Positions 49,901 to 64,000 of a DNA stretch of 64,000 bases are shown here, one piece after another. The stretch comes from Chrysomallon squamiferum. Its lineage: Eukaryota; Animalia; Mollusca. The notes beneath the pieces are model-generated. The model was given only the letters and a program-made list of their open reading frames with translations, had not been told where the DNA came from and ran no database searches. Every line of letters begins with the position of its first letter. The first letter of the stretch is position 1. The position numbers and the translations under genes were made by a program. The stretch lies in assembly GCA_012295275.1 (NCBI GenBank), contig CM022670.1:31496001-31560000 (forward strand), in the 5' to 3' direction.

Positions 49901-51304
49901 ATAGAAAAACAGACTGCTCAATGTGTGGAATATACTTTAAAATCATAACATAAATGCCTGTTTATCAGTTATTTTATGGGTTTTTTAATTTTTATTTTCC
50001 TTTCCATATATGTATAGAAAATCTATTGAAAAAACAAGGAGAAAAAGTGTAACAAAACAAATATTTCCTTAGTTTACTGTTCAAAATTACTTTTATATGA
50101 CAAAAATAAAAAAAATATCAGCTTTAACATATTCTTGAAAACTTACATTATTTCTTCTGAAAATTGTTTATGCAGTAACATGCATTTTCTGAATTTTGTG
50201 TCGTTAATTAGTCATGCTGGTTTTTAATCCATATTTTGATAATTTTTCGTAACCTGTATTTTTGTTTTTCTGCAAAATAACAGATATGAAAATGATTATT
50301 TATTATTACCTCCTTATTCTCATGTTCATATCTTTATTTAAAAGGAAGATATAGTTATTGGCATATATTGGTACTTAGAAGGCTATTGTTAAAAATAAAT
50401 ATATTTTTAAACACTGAACTGACAGGTGCAGAATCAATCTCTTTGCTATTTTCATGTACATGTAACATGATTATGTAAATTTGCTACGACCTTTTTGCAA
50501 GTGCTACTTAAATATTCACCATTACACAATTATGCATGGACTGATTATATAAATGTGTTATAAATATATATATATTACATAAAATACTGCTCTAGATACT
50601 GTATCATTGGTATGTTAATACATATTGTATTTGTAATCGTACATAACTGTAGAATAAATATTTTCAAAGCAGACATTTTGATGATGGTTATTATTATTAT
50701 TCGGTTGGTAACTAAGAATAAAAAATAGTTCCTGTATTACAATAAAATGATAAAATATTAATAAATCAGAAAAAAAAAAAAAAAAAAAAACCCCACTAAA
50801 ATAAAGATATAGATATATATACATTTATTTTACATTATTATCATTATCATCATTATAAAAAAATTACAAAATTACCAGGGTTAGAATTTAAATTTAAGGT
50901 GGAAAAAGATGGAATTGGGACTAACAATTTTCAAATCCAATTTAAAATGCAAGCATTTGTCACAATATAACCTTGATGAAAATCTAATTGATTAAAATTA
51001 ATGTACCACCAAAAAAGATCACAAAATTCAATTGGATAAATCTGAAATTAGAAAAATAAAAGATAATTCTGCTATGTACTGCTTGAATGTCATTCAAAAA
51101 TTGCAGTTTTATTTCCACTAGTCAAAGAATTATTTCTATAACAAACAGATAGACAAATTAATATATTATTCCATTTATTTAATATTTTAGTGAAGATATT
51201 TTTACCTACTTTTCTATTTCATTTTCAGGTTTATGAATTGCACAAACAAAAGAGATATTTATAATACACCAAAATGTCACAGGATGAACAATAAGTATAT
51301 ATAA

Positions 51305-54300
51305 TTAACTGTTTTTTGCTGGAATGGCTATCAGAACAATGTTTTCTGGTGTTAAAATTTGATCAATATACTGTCTTAAATAGGCAGCCATTTTGTGTTG
51401 CAGTAAATATCTTATTCTGCCATAATCGATCAGTCTTTTACACTTTCGACCAATCTCTTCTCTTTCTTCCTCAGACATCCGCAGCTTGGAACTGAAATGA
51501 AATAATACATTTTTATCATTTTATTTTTTTCTAGTGTTGTCTTTACTGATGTTAAAAGTATGATAGTAGAAATAAAAATTCACAATGATACACAAAGGAT
51601 GATATTTTCTATTTCATAGTGATAGCATCTGATATACAGAAATTTAAACTAAAATATATTTTTTTTAAATATGATTTGTTTAAATTGTATTTGAAACTAC
51701 AAACATTATTAAAATATTGTACATTATGTGATTCTGGTAAAATCTACAACTGCAAATTGCAAATTCCAAATTAAATAATTCAGTAAAATTTTCCATACAC
51801 ACTCTTTAAAATATTTAATTTAAAAAACAAAAAAATATGCACATTAAAATAGGAAATGTGGCTCACGTTTGGTTTAATTCCATTTCTGTTTCATCATGTT
51901 CCTCTGTATCTATTTCTGAAAGTCTCTGAGTGGATGTTGTCTGTCTGTCCACATTTAGACCTTTATGTTTTTAAAATCAAAATATTTAAACTTCTTTTCC
52001 AAACAAATATGGACTTCTAGCTAGTATTTTAATTAAATTATACATCCATTTTGGTGATGTTTATAAAAGGCATCAAATTTTTTAAACTTGTAACATGCGA
52101 AGTGCAACACATCACGTATTAGTACTGGCATTAGTATACTCTACACTTCAGAGTGATTATTTTAGTCTATTTTAGTCTGTTACAGCAGACTTTGGTAATA
52201 ATGTATAGGCAATAGGTTTTTAATGTGGGAAACTTTTATTTTTAAAACAAAAATAGTAAAATGATTTTTTGTCTATTTATTTTATTGTCCAACTTTATTA
52301 TCAGTCAACATTGTTCCTCATAAACAAATAAATGACTTGGAAGAATTCAAAAAATATTTTGGTCATAGTATGTAGCACCAAAGATTTACATTAAATCTTC
52401 TTTTATTTCAGATCCTAGGTCTAAATGAGAAATAAAGAGAATTATAAAATATAAGCTAAAATTATAACAGGTTTTACTAAAACTACCTTCAGTTCTCCAT
52501 CCTTTCCATGTACATGTTGCCCAGCTGCTCATACTTGTAAGGAGTTGAAATTCATGAGGTGAAAATCTGCACTCTCTCATGAATTCTTTCCCCACATAGG
52601 CACTCCATGTGCATCGATGATGACAACACAAAGCAATGACGATGCCTGCTGGAGTTCTTGGATGTAAATTACATATTAAAAACATTTTGTTTATTAGCTG
52701 TTTTATTATTTCTTTAGTGTAATAAAATTATCATTGCAGGTCTCATTTTATTTTTCTTCATTCTTCTTTTTTTTAAATTAAAATTATAATAATTTTCAAT
52801 AAATAGCATATATGTAGAAAAGTTTTTATTTTAAGATCAAGTTCATAATAAAAAAGACAGAGTTTTAATAGCATTACCCCTTTATAAACTTTAACTATAA
52901 AGTCACTATAATGAATTACAACCCACATATCATAGTACAAATTATCTTTTTCCAATGACTATAAAAATTAATATATCAGAAGTATTTCATAAGCAAATGT
53001 ATTGATCTCATAATTACTTAAAATTTCACCTACTTTAAATGGATGTCATTTTCTAATTTTGGCTTTTTAGTAGTTGATTTTTCATCTTCACTGTCATCTT
53101 TATTATCATCTGGGCACTGCATGGTTTCTAAAAGACATCGTAATGCTAAATCTGAAAAAGGTAACACATTATGGCTAATGTAGTGTTTATTCCAAAAATA
53201 ACTATTAGTATATAAACTTTGTGGGGTTGTTTTTTATCCCTTCACACACTCTACTTATAATTATTTATTAATCAGTTACTTATGATTAAAATAATATACT
53301 TAATAATTCTAAAATCCTTTTTTACCACTCATTTTGTACTTTATTAATTTACTATTAAAATAACTATAATTTATTTATCTCCCACAATAACCAACTAATC
53401 ATGGAATTTAAAAGAAAAATGTAAAAAATATTAAAATGTTCTTTGTAATCAATACCATGTTATCTACCTATCTATCTATACAATTTAAAGATTTTGGCAT
53501 CTCACCTGTAGCTCCCCCGCATAAATGTTTACCCATAGCAACAACTGGTCTTTTGCTTTTGCCTGTAGTAAGATGTTTTCCTGCAATTTAAATCTGCAAC
53601 TAAAACTATCTGATATGTGCTGTGTAGGTAATACATAAATAAAGATTAGATCAAGACATAATTGTTTATACTGAAAAATACAACTTCATAAACATTTAAC
53701 ATTTTAAATATTTATTTAATAAAAATACATTTCAAATAAAAATATTAACTTTTCATAACACAAATTTTACAATACTAATTTTAAACAAAATTCTAACTCA
53801 TTGTGACATGCAAAACATATTTTAATTAAAAAGAAAATATATAAGGGTCATTCCATGTCAAATCACCCCAAAAAACCAAAATTTAAACCCGACCGTCTCA
53901 GATTTTTATAAAACTTGGTATACTTGTTGACTGGGATCCCACAGCACCAAATTTTAGCCCAATCGGACCAGTGGTGTGGGAGATATGGCCCACCAAATTT
54001 TGAGATTTTTGGCAAAAATGGGTGTGATCACCAACCTTAGAACCCTCATATCTCAGGAACTACTGAGCCAATCTTCATAAAATTGGTATTGTTGAAAAGG
54101 CAATATGACAAGGATTCCAAATCTGCCATTTTTGTTCAGTTCGGAAAATACTGGAGTACATTGACCTTGTGACCTTTGCTATGACCTTGAAATGGAATGA
54201 CCTTGAGATGACCTTTATTGAAAAATGGAATGTTAACCATATAAAAGTTTCCTGGGTGTAGTATTTTTGATTTAGCCACAATATATTAAAAAAACCACAT

Positions 54301-57300
54301 TTGAAAATAAAACCTTTTCAACCATTAACATCTGATTTTTTGAAACAATTCTGGATGCTAGGAATCACCATCTTTCTTGATCATGTGTAAGACAGGCCTA
54401 TAAAAATCTGAGACAGTCGGGTTTAACCAATGAAATGACCCATAATCAGTATTGATTTATTATAAAATAACCACTTTCAAATATTTTTTAAACAATTTAT
54501 ATGTGAAGCAGTTACGATTTAACCAATAAAATGATAACTTTATGTTTGTTTTGTTTTTCAGATAAAAAGCACTGACTAACCCAAATTTAAATGTTCAATA
54601 TCAATTTGTAGCCTTTCAAACACTGGACCTTCATTTTCTCGATGCTGAAGATCTAACTGGAAATACATCCAAAATTTTATACTGTTGATATGAAATAATA
54701 TGAAATGAGCAAATAAAATTAATTAATTTTCTTTATCATTAAGTGATTAATTTACATATTTCCATTATTGAAAAACAAACATATAAGAACAATTACATCA
54801 TTATTTTAATAAAATACTTCTTAAAAATGACAAAATATTAATTGATGCAAAATTTATGTTCTTTCATATTTATAATAATGATTTGGTAACAATACATCTA
54901 TAAATTGTAATAGATAGTTAACAAGCAGTAAATAACAAAAATTCATCTTTTTTCTCTGAAGGATTTCCATACTTGATAAATATAAAAGAAATCTAATTTC
55001 TGCAATTCAAACACTTAAAAAATAAATAAATAAATAATTAAAAAATATTTATATATAATATAATGTAAATGATATGTAACTGCAAACCTTGTTTCGGACA
55101 TTTTCCCTGTCAACAAGTACAAATGCTACATCACTCACTTTGTCTAGAGCTTTCTGTACCCAGTGTGACAACTGACCTGATTAATATGAAATCTTATTAC
55201 TAGCTTTCTTGATTTCATGTTAAACTTATATTTAGTCGGTTATTATTAATTATTATTAATATTATCCCAATAAGTTTAACATTTTAAGCCTTAAAAAAAA
55301 AATGAATCAATTTTCACCTTAAATATTTTGTGAGTCATTTAAATCATAAGAATTGTATATATATATAAAATTTTATTTATGGAATTTTTGTTATAGGGTC
55401 ATTCCATGTCAAATCACCAAAAAAAAAGATTTAAACCCAACTGTCTCAGATTTTTATGACTGGGATCCCACAGCACCAAATCTGAAATATTAGCCCAATT
55501 GGACCAGTGGTGTGGGGGGTATGGCCGTCCAAATTTTTAGATTTTTGGCAAAAATGGGCGTGACCACCAACCTTAGAACCCTCATATCTCAGGAACTACT
55601 ATGCCAATCTTCATAAAATTGGTATATTGGAGTACATTGACCTTTGTTATGGCCCTGAAATTGACTGTGTGGATCATGTGATGCCAAATGGCACAACATG
55701 TTCTACACAATCAGGAGTTCCTGACCTGCCTGAAGCATCACTTCCTGTTAACCCTTTGAGCCTGATTGTGTAGAACATGTCATGCCATTTGGCATCTTTT
55801 CATATCTTTCAGGCATTCCTTCAGACATGTCAGGTGGGTTTCAACTCAAAAGATGAGTTTTTGGTCTCAGAGAAAATGTACATTGTAATGCATTGTATCA
55901 ATCATCCATGCAGGTATGCATTTCTTAAATCTCTGTTATGGCTAAGCAAAAAATATTACACCCAGGAAACTTTTATATGTGAACTTTATGCATACATGTA
56001 GGCCTACAATGTCTTACTTGATGATCAAGAAAGATGGTGATTCCTAGCATCCAGAATTGATCATTCAGGTTTTAGTTAATCAGATTTAATGGCTGAAAAG
56101 GTGTTATTTTCATGTATGTGCATTTTTTAAATCTATATTGTGGCTAAACAAAAAATATTACACCCAGAAAACTTTTATATGCTTTAGTTAACATATGGGA
56201 GATTAAATTTCAATAAAGGTCACGTGATCCACATGGTCAATTTCAAGGTCATAGCAAAGGTGAAAAGGTCAAAGTACTCCAATATTTTCCGAACTGAACA
56301 AAAATGGCAGATTTGGAATCCTTGTCATTTTGCCTTTCTAATAATACCAATTTTATGAAGATTGGTTCAGTAGTTCCTGAGATATGAGGGTTCTAAGGTT
56401 GGTGGTCATGCCCATTTTTGCCAAAAATCTCAAAATTCGGTGGGCCATATCTCCCACACCACTGATCCGATTTAGCTAATATTTCATAAAAATCTGAGAC
56501 AGTTGGGTTTAACCCATTGGGTGATTTGACACAGAATGACCATATACTAAATTAACATAATAATAATAAGAAGAATCTGGATTATTTTGAACAGCTCATT
56601 TCAAAACTATCTGAATTGAGTAAACGTATGAAAAAAATATTGATATCTTATTTCAAAACCTTTTCCAGCTCCAAGTTCAAGAAAACAGTTTCCATCTTTG
56701 AGTAATCCCAATTTATCAAGTTGACCAATTATTGATGCCTGCAGTGGCAAAAAATAAAAAAATAAAATAACTGTTAGTGAATATGTGTATGAAACATTAC
56801 AGTTCTTCTTATTTTATGTCTGTGTGTGTATAGGTGTATACATATGGATGTATGTATGTGTGTGTGTTTGTGTTGTGTGTGCATATACACACAAGAACAC
56901 ACATACATATTCTAACAAAAATGCATATAAAATAGTAAGTCAAACCTGTTGTTTTCTGTGTCTGAGTGCTTGAATACCGTGTGTTGGATTTTCCAGCTCC
57001 TCTTTCAAACAACTGTGTGTTAATATTTCACTTTCAAGTTCACAAATGTGCTCTGAAAAACAAAAGAAAAAGGACCAATCTCATCTAAAAGAAATTATTA
57101 CTTTAAGTTACTGTTGTGTTAGTTAATGTATTTATAGAAAAAAGCAAGCTCATGGAAATGGAGCCTGGTGTATTTTCTTGCAGCATGTAATTTTGAAGAC
57201 AGAAATGCAAAAGCGTATCTTACAGTTATATTACAGTATTTTTCAAAATTTTATTAGTTTTTGAAATTATCTTTTTTTTCTTAAAATTTTTCATATATAA

Positions 57301-59906
57301 AATTATTTTGTGGTAAAAGTAAAAATCACAGAGAGAACTTTTTTATTATACCATTATATTTTATTTTTAACTAAGGTAACACTGGTTTCCAGAAACAAAT
57401 AAAGTATTAATTTAAAAACACTGAAAAGGAATTAAGGTCATCTCTATACCTATATATGTGCATTTAAAAGTTAAATTATTTTACCTTGATATAGTTTATT
57501 AATTTGTCCAATCATATCCAAAAGTGATTGTTCTGAAACATTTTGTAAAGTAACCTATAATAAATTAAGTAAAAAAAGTGATTCAACATAATATAACATA
57601 AAAAATGTAAGTTAACAGTAACAAATATATTTGGTAATCAATATACTTAAATTGTCATTAACAAAGAACAAAAAAGAACAATCACTTGAAATTAACACTC
57701 CCATTTTACGACTGAATATAAGTATTTGGATTAAATATAATTTTAAAAATAAATTTATTAGTTCTATTATATCATTCAGATGTATTTATATTTGTTTTGA
57801 TAGTAAAATCATTAGGAATATCTTTTAATCTCAGCTATTTATTTAAATTCCTTATTATCAAATTAAAGTTAAATTATACCTACATATCTTAATTTCTTAA
57901 TTCTATTCTGTATTAGCAAAAAATGTTTCCATTTTCTTTCATTATAAAATGGAAGACAAATATTATTTAATACTTCTTCAAATAAAAAGTAAAAAATTTA
58001 TCTCAAGACACAAGTGAAAAATAAATAATTTACATATGAAATAAGAATATAATTTACCTTTGGTACTGGGACAATTTCTCCTTCATTACTACCTGCATTA
58101 ATACCTTCAGTATAGTAAACCTATTTGTCAAAATAGGTGAAAAGAAAAAAGAAAACTTATTAATATTTTGTTATTAATACTTTTGGTGGCTTTGCAGAGG
58201 TTTTAAGTTCAGTATTAAATAAAAGTTTAGTTTTGTGAAATGAAATGATGCTGTCAAGTATTCAAAATCAGACATATTAAGCAATAATAAAAGAAACTAC
58301 CATGCATTTTTCATACTACTCATTTGAATTTAAGTTAAGAAGTTAAAATTATAATTTAATCAATACACATTATATTTAAGGTATGACTAGGGCTAGTAAA
58401 CTTTCATATATCCTCAAGATTATACAACTACTGTGTGTTCTGAGGTGTTGTTTTTGTGTGTGTGTGTGTGTGCACTGTTTATTACACATTTTCAACAAAT
58501 TATATACAGATTATAAAGAACTTAAATAAAACCAAATTTTATACTTACTGCTTTCTCTTGCCATTTTAATTTTTTATGTTCATTACATTTCCTCAGATGT
58601 TTATTTAAACAATCTTCATAACAAGTGCTGATAAAAAGATATTTTAAAATGTTTGAATTAATTTAAAAATCAATTGCAATTTCATATTCTGAATATAATT
58701 AAATTCATTTACCTTAGGATTGGATGAGAGAACATGATTTTATGATCAAAATTCAAAGACTGTACTATACTAATATGGTTACAGTATAATACAATTATAC
58801 ATTATTAAGTGCAAACTGAGAATGCAAATAAAGAGGTAAAAATATCCATTTTGATTTTTGTGGATTAATATTTGAAAGAAAATATTTAAGAAGGCACAGT
58901 ATTGTATCATCAGGTTACAAAGAGTTGGCTTATAAATTCCTAATAACAAATATGCGATACTATTGCACCATTTTTGATACTTTAATACTTTTGGGGACAG
59001 ACTCTGGTTTCTGGATAATTTTCCCAATACATCATGCTTAAACTTTCTGTTAATGTTAGCATTATGGAAATGGTTGACTGCCTTGGAAAATAAAATCTCA
59101 TATGTTAACAAATATAGCATGTATTCCTTACTGTTTAGGATCAAGTGGACATGGTATTCTTTTCCTTTCCAACTGAATCTACAAGACAAATTTAAGGAAA
59201 TGTGAAAACAATGGAAATATGAGCTAGTGATCTAATCTGAAGCTATTGTTGCATAAAATATAATACATTTTTTATTATTATATTTTATTATTTTTTAATT
59301 ACTAACAATGGATATTTATTATTATTATTATTATTTTATAGTAAAATTGGACACTATAATTATAAAAAATTTCAGCTAGAACTATTTCTGATTAATCCTG
59401 GTATGCTAAGACCATTACAAAGGATTTTTTCCCCCCTTTTAATGGCAGGATCTAAGAACATGGCAGTTTTGCTATGTCTAATAGAATTTAGGTAAGCATT
59501 TTTTTTCTATGAAGATAGCTTTGGGTAATCCATGGGATCAATGTTGCAAAAAAAACTCCCACATTTCCCTTACTGGATGTGCACAAATATTAACCATCTT
59601 TTATTAATCTCTAAGATAAAACTGAAATATATTTATATAACATGTGTTGATTTTCCACACATAAAACTAACATTTTTATTTTTATTTAAACTTTTTTCTG
59701 TTTTGAGGGTATTAATTCACATACAGTTAAATTATTATTATAAAGATGCTCTGAACTGAACTTACACCCATAACTGCTAAATGTTCTACGCAAAACTGTT
59801 GTCCTGCATTTGGCCGAAATTTACAATGTCTTCGTTTCTTTTTTAAATAAAACCCACATGATTCATTTGAAGGCTGAGAGTGAGAAGGATTATTTTGATT
59901 TTGCAT
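51305..59906 (-). CDS. TRMT13: tRNA:m(4)X 2'-O-methyltransferase TRM13 homolog, 14 exons
   Basis: Exons 59766-59906, 59132-59178, 58549-58627, 58058-58120, 57485-57554, 56946-57052, 56660-56738, 55088-55176, 54581-54656, 53506-53580, 53034-53151, 52487-52656, 51867-51960, 51305-51491. N-terminal CGFYLKKKRRHC...FCVEH and RIPCPLDPKHTC...HLRKC zinc fingers, then LELGAGKGQLSHW, IDIEHL, KHLCGGATDLALRC, IALCCHHRC, IGRKCKRLIDYGR and TPEN. Confidence 0.95.
53845..54441. mobile_element. Non-autonomous TIR DNA transposon, short copy
   Basis: Ends GGGTCATTCCATGTCAAATCACC ... GAAATGACCC. The body is the reverse complement of about 55995-56541. Confidence 0.8.
55396..56541. mobile_element. Non-autonomous foldback-type DNA transposon with ~230 bp TIRs and an internal 36-bp inverted repeat
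   Basis: Left arm 55396-~55625 is inverse to ~56345-56541 (GGTGATTTGACACAGAATGACC). Internal arms 55680-55715 and 55761-55796 match at 34/36. Superfamily not determined. Confidence 0.82.
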
Positions 59907-60289
59907 TATTCAGTACCTGCTATTGTGGATTAATTTGTGTTTAATGATAACTGCTTTAAAATTATGCCTTATTTTTATTTATCAATTAGCTGTTGTTTTT
60001 GTTTTTTTAAATTAAAGATTACTTCAAAAAGCAACGTGTTGTTAAAACCCGGAAGTAAACAATAAAAGTGCTTGCAGAGAAGGAGCAAATGCTGCAGATG
60101 ATATTAAAATTATCAGTTGTTTTGAATCCTTGTTCAGCATAAATCAACCGAAGATAGTTATTATGAGTTTAGATTTGTCATGCATTTTAATGAATTGCCT
60201 CCTAATCTTCCATATGATCTAAAAGACCAAACATCTTCGTTAACGATACTATTGCCAGAACATTAATTGGTTATTTCGGACTTCCAGCA

Positions 60290-60338
<49 letters not shown>

Positions 60339-60852
60339 GAAGAGAACTAGCTAAATTGCTTTGTTTCCTTTTTAAATGACACGTTTTATATTTATTATTT
60401 TGTTACCAAACGATCTAATACATACAAACTTAATACGTCGTAGTCACGTTTACCTTTTAATAGAAAATTTGCATTTTTGTGTAATTTAAAACATACATGC
60501 ACATACCACTTGTACAACAGGAAATTTGTATGCCATTAACAACAACAATTATTATTATTATATTATGCGTAACTAGATGAAAATTATAAAAAAATAAATA
60601 AACAAAACAAAACAAAAACCAAAAAACAAAGATGAATTTATTTTAAAAAGAAAAACAAAGATAAAGTTATTAAATATTGGTATTATTTTAACTTAAAAGC
60701 CAGTCATCTTGATTGGAGTCAGGGTATTTTATACCTATTTGCTGCGTTATAGTTTTCATGGCGGCCGGTTGAATTGAGTTGCGTTACTCGTCAATTTGCA
60801 TTCGTCATTGTGTAATTAAAAATATAGAGTACATTCTAGCTATATTTTCAAT
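59907..60852. promoter_or_regulatory. Divergent promoter region TRMT13/RAD23
   Basis: ATGs about 950 bp apart. ETS site CCGGAAGT at 60049, YY1-like CATGGCGGC at 60757, (AAT)n at about 60290-60337. Confidence 0.6.
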
Positions 60853-63800
60853 ATGTTAATTACTCTAAAAACATTACAACAGCAAACCTTTAAGGTTGAA
60901 GTTGAAGGAGATTCTTTGGTAAGCATGTTCCAGACATTTATTTTCATCTGTAATGTTCTGCATCTTGTGACTCGTACAAAACTAATACATTCTGGCAACT
61001 CATTACTCCTTAGGTCGACATGTTCCATTTTTAACGAAGTATATTTCAGGTTATAAACATTTGCTGTTTCACAATATATGGTTTAATGCTGATCAGAATT
61101 TGATGTTACGGAAAATATTAAAATACCATTTTAACAAGTAAACAAGGCATTTAATGATTTATAATTTTATAGAAACACCCATGAACCAATAAACTTGTAG
61201 GTTACACCTAGACTTTGACAGTTACCCCAGCATTTTGCAATGATTTTTTTTCCCTCTACAAACATAGGAATAACGAGATTATATAAATGTTAATTGTTAT
61301 CAAGATGCTTTCTTTTTACTTTTTTTTTTTTCTTTTTTTTTTTTTCAACACCTTTAAGTTTTATTTTGTTGGGACCAATACTAGATCAGCCGTATATATT
61401 TTATTAGTTATCTTCCTGATGTTATTAAAACAATAGAGTAAAATAAAAATTAGACAGAACAATGTCATTTTGACATAGTAAATGTTTTGAATCACACCTT
61501 GTAAGTTCATTTATTTATTTTTGTGCTGGGGATAGTTTGTTAGCTTTTAAAAAACTGAAAAGAAAAATGTAATGCATTTGTTTGAAAGAGACTGATGTTA
61601 CTGATATAAATTTAAAGAATTTAAATACATATTCTATTAGCCACAGCGAAGTATGAAGTATATTATATAATGATATGTTTGTCAGCTGACCACAAAATAA
61701 AAATTATCTGAACATTTGATGTGACTTTAATTAGAGTATAACTTTGGCTAATTATTTTAAATTATTTTGGTTTCAGGTGAAAGAACTGAAAGAAAAAGTT
61801 GAACAGCAGAAAGGCAAAGATTTCCCTGCAGCTGGTCAGAAGCTTATATATGCTGGTAAGTTTGAATCATTATATTTATTTTTATAGCCTGTGAAGTACT
61901 TGTAATTTAAAAAAAACAAAAAAGTTAAAAACTGCAGTTCCTTGCATATTATTGATAATGTAAGATTACTTACTATCTGCAATTTTATTTCTTGACAGAT
62001 TATTGAGATGAAGTTAGTTTTAAAAGTGGATTCTACTGATCAGGTTTCAAAGTTAATAAGTTTATCCATTTTTTTTGTTGTGTTTTTTTGTTTTTGTTTA
62101 ATACTTTATTTTATGTTTTTTCTTAAGGTGTCTTCTTTTGTTTGTTGTATTTTTAAATATTCATTAATTTCATTGGTTTATAAACTTCAGGTAAAATTTT
62201 GGAAGATGAAAAGAAAATAGATGACTACAAAATAGAGGAAAAGAATTTTGTTGTCGTTATGGTAACAAAGGTAAGTGTTTAAATATGACATTAATTCATT
62301 ATTTGTAATTAATTCTGTTTATATGTATAATTGAATTTAACGTATCAACAATAAAATTATTATCATCAATTATTTATCATTAAGCTGTATCTAGAACTTA
62401 CTAACAAACATAGAAATAATTTGTTTTATGTTTTTTCAAGGTTTATATACCCATAAATTAAGAAGTGAATAAGACACTAATAAATAACCATTTTGTTAAA
62501 ATGCCCAAAGGTATTTTAGTGAACAGTCATTTAATTGTGATAAGTTGAAGAAAAACATTTTTTTTTTTACATGTACATTTAAAGATCAGACAACATCTTT
62601 ATTTAATCATTAATTAAATGTTTTGATTAAATGTCATCATCACTTAATTCTTAATTTCAGCCAAAGCCACAAGCAGCTGCTGCCAAGCCACCTGACAGTG
62701 CAGCAAATACTGAAACTCCAACAGCCATGCAGACTACTCCTGCTGAAAGAGTTCCAGAACCAAATCCACCACAGATGGAAGAAGAAAAAACAGATGAACC
62801 AAAGACAGAAGAAACAAAATCTGATGTTGCCCAAGCTAGGTAAATCTTATCTTTGTTTTTATTTTACTAATGTTTGAACTGAACTGAACTGAACTGAACT
62901 TTATTTACACTCAAGCAGTAGTCTGTGGCACATGAGGATACACTCATGTATGCATATACATTTCTTGCAGTTATTGATTATTACGCTAATAAGAAATAAC
63001 TTAATTACTTAGATAATCCGGTAATATTTATTTTTAACAGACAAATCCAAAATTTGTGCACTTTTAACAATAGCAATTGTCCGTAAATTAGATGGATCTT
63101 GGATTGTTTGTAAATTTCGTAAGGAATAACCTAAATAGTGAGAGGCTGTTCTATATAAACTATAGATTTTATCTTGAATTATGGTCAGATTTAAAGGTAG
63201 GGTGCTGTGATTCCTGTCCAGTCATTTAAAAATAACTTTAAACAAAACCTATTTTGACTGCCAGTTGAATACATAAAACTGGTTAATTGGCACTAGTAAT
63301 AAATAAAGAATCAGATACGCTAATCAGGGTTGTCTGAATAGTTGTAATGTTACAATAGCTGTTGTATGTGTGTGTTATATTTCATGGAAAACATTGAAAT
63401 AAATATATTTATATGCAATATGCTACTTGATAATCATAAACATTGTAACAGCTTGCTTTTTACTACATCATATGTAATTTAAAATTAAAATTTTAAAAAA
63501 GAAGTTAAGTACGTCATTTGTGGTTTTGAAGTATGTTTGTTATTCTTTACATAACCATGTTTCAGAACATTTATTTCTGATATGTCATTAATCAAATATA
63601 ATCCATGCAAAAACTAAAAACATTTAAATTAGATATTGGTGTGCAATTAGATATGTCAAAATAATAACTTTTGTTTCATTTGCACTGTAATAATAGTAAT
63701 AGATTTTTATGAATAATCAGTTTTTTTCAGAGATTTACTCACAATTTTTCAAAATATAAAAATGTTTGATTCCAGTGCTCCAGCAGCTCAGAATACAGGT

Positions 63801-64000
63801 ACAGCTATTACTATGGCTACAGACACAACACAAGCCAGTTCTTCTCAATCAGCCATTCAGTCCGCAGAGAGCACATTGGTTACAGGGCAGGAATATGAAA
63901 ACATGTTAACAGAGATGATGAGTATGGGCTTTGAACGTGAACAAGTGGTGCAAGCACTGAGAGCCAGTTTTAACAATCCTGACCGAGCTGTAGAGTATCT
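60853..64000 (+). CDS. RAD23: UV excision repair protein RAD23 homolog (UBL + UBA1; continues beyond window)
   Basis: Exons 60853-60918, 61777-61855, 62191-62270, 62661-62839, 63776->64000. UBL: [14 protein letters not shown]...[10 protein letters not shown]...[14 protein letters not shown]1: [41 protein letters not shown]. Confidence 0.96.
62876..62900. repeat. (GAACT)5 pentanucleotide repeat
   Basis: Directly visible. Confidence 0.9.

Noticed and set aside
58779-59189. 136-aa minus-strand ORF
   Set aside because: It is mostly TRMT13 intron in the wrong frame, with no recognisable domain.

Overview
AT-rich, intron-rich nuclear DNA from an animal. It is probably an invertebrate, possibly a mollusc or other lophotrochozoan, but that is only an inference from composition and repeats. 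It is not prokaryotic. Six housekeeping genes alternate strands as three head-to-head pairs: VCP/p97 (-, last exon outside the window) with LEPROT/VPS55 (+), ACSS2 (-) with DNAJC14 (+), and TRMT13 (-) with RAD23 (+, runs off the right end). All exon chains were assembled by hand with GT-AG junctions and frame checks. Two cryptic splicing features stand out. (1) The LEPROT/VPS55 frame only closes if a single-nucleotide exon (C at 15892, context TAG|C|GTAAGT) is included, and it rebuilds the conserved Ala6 codon from three exons. (2) ACSS2 carries two paralogous 73-nt versions of exon 4 that must be mutually exclusive and encode alternative forms of the F-[AG]-G-[FY]-S segment near the CoA site. 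Also present are several non-autonomous DNA transposons, LINE, hAT and Tigger relics, a local duplication with one-sided CpG decay, an inverted DNAJC14 exon fragment, and a 45-aa internal repeat in DNAJC14.
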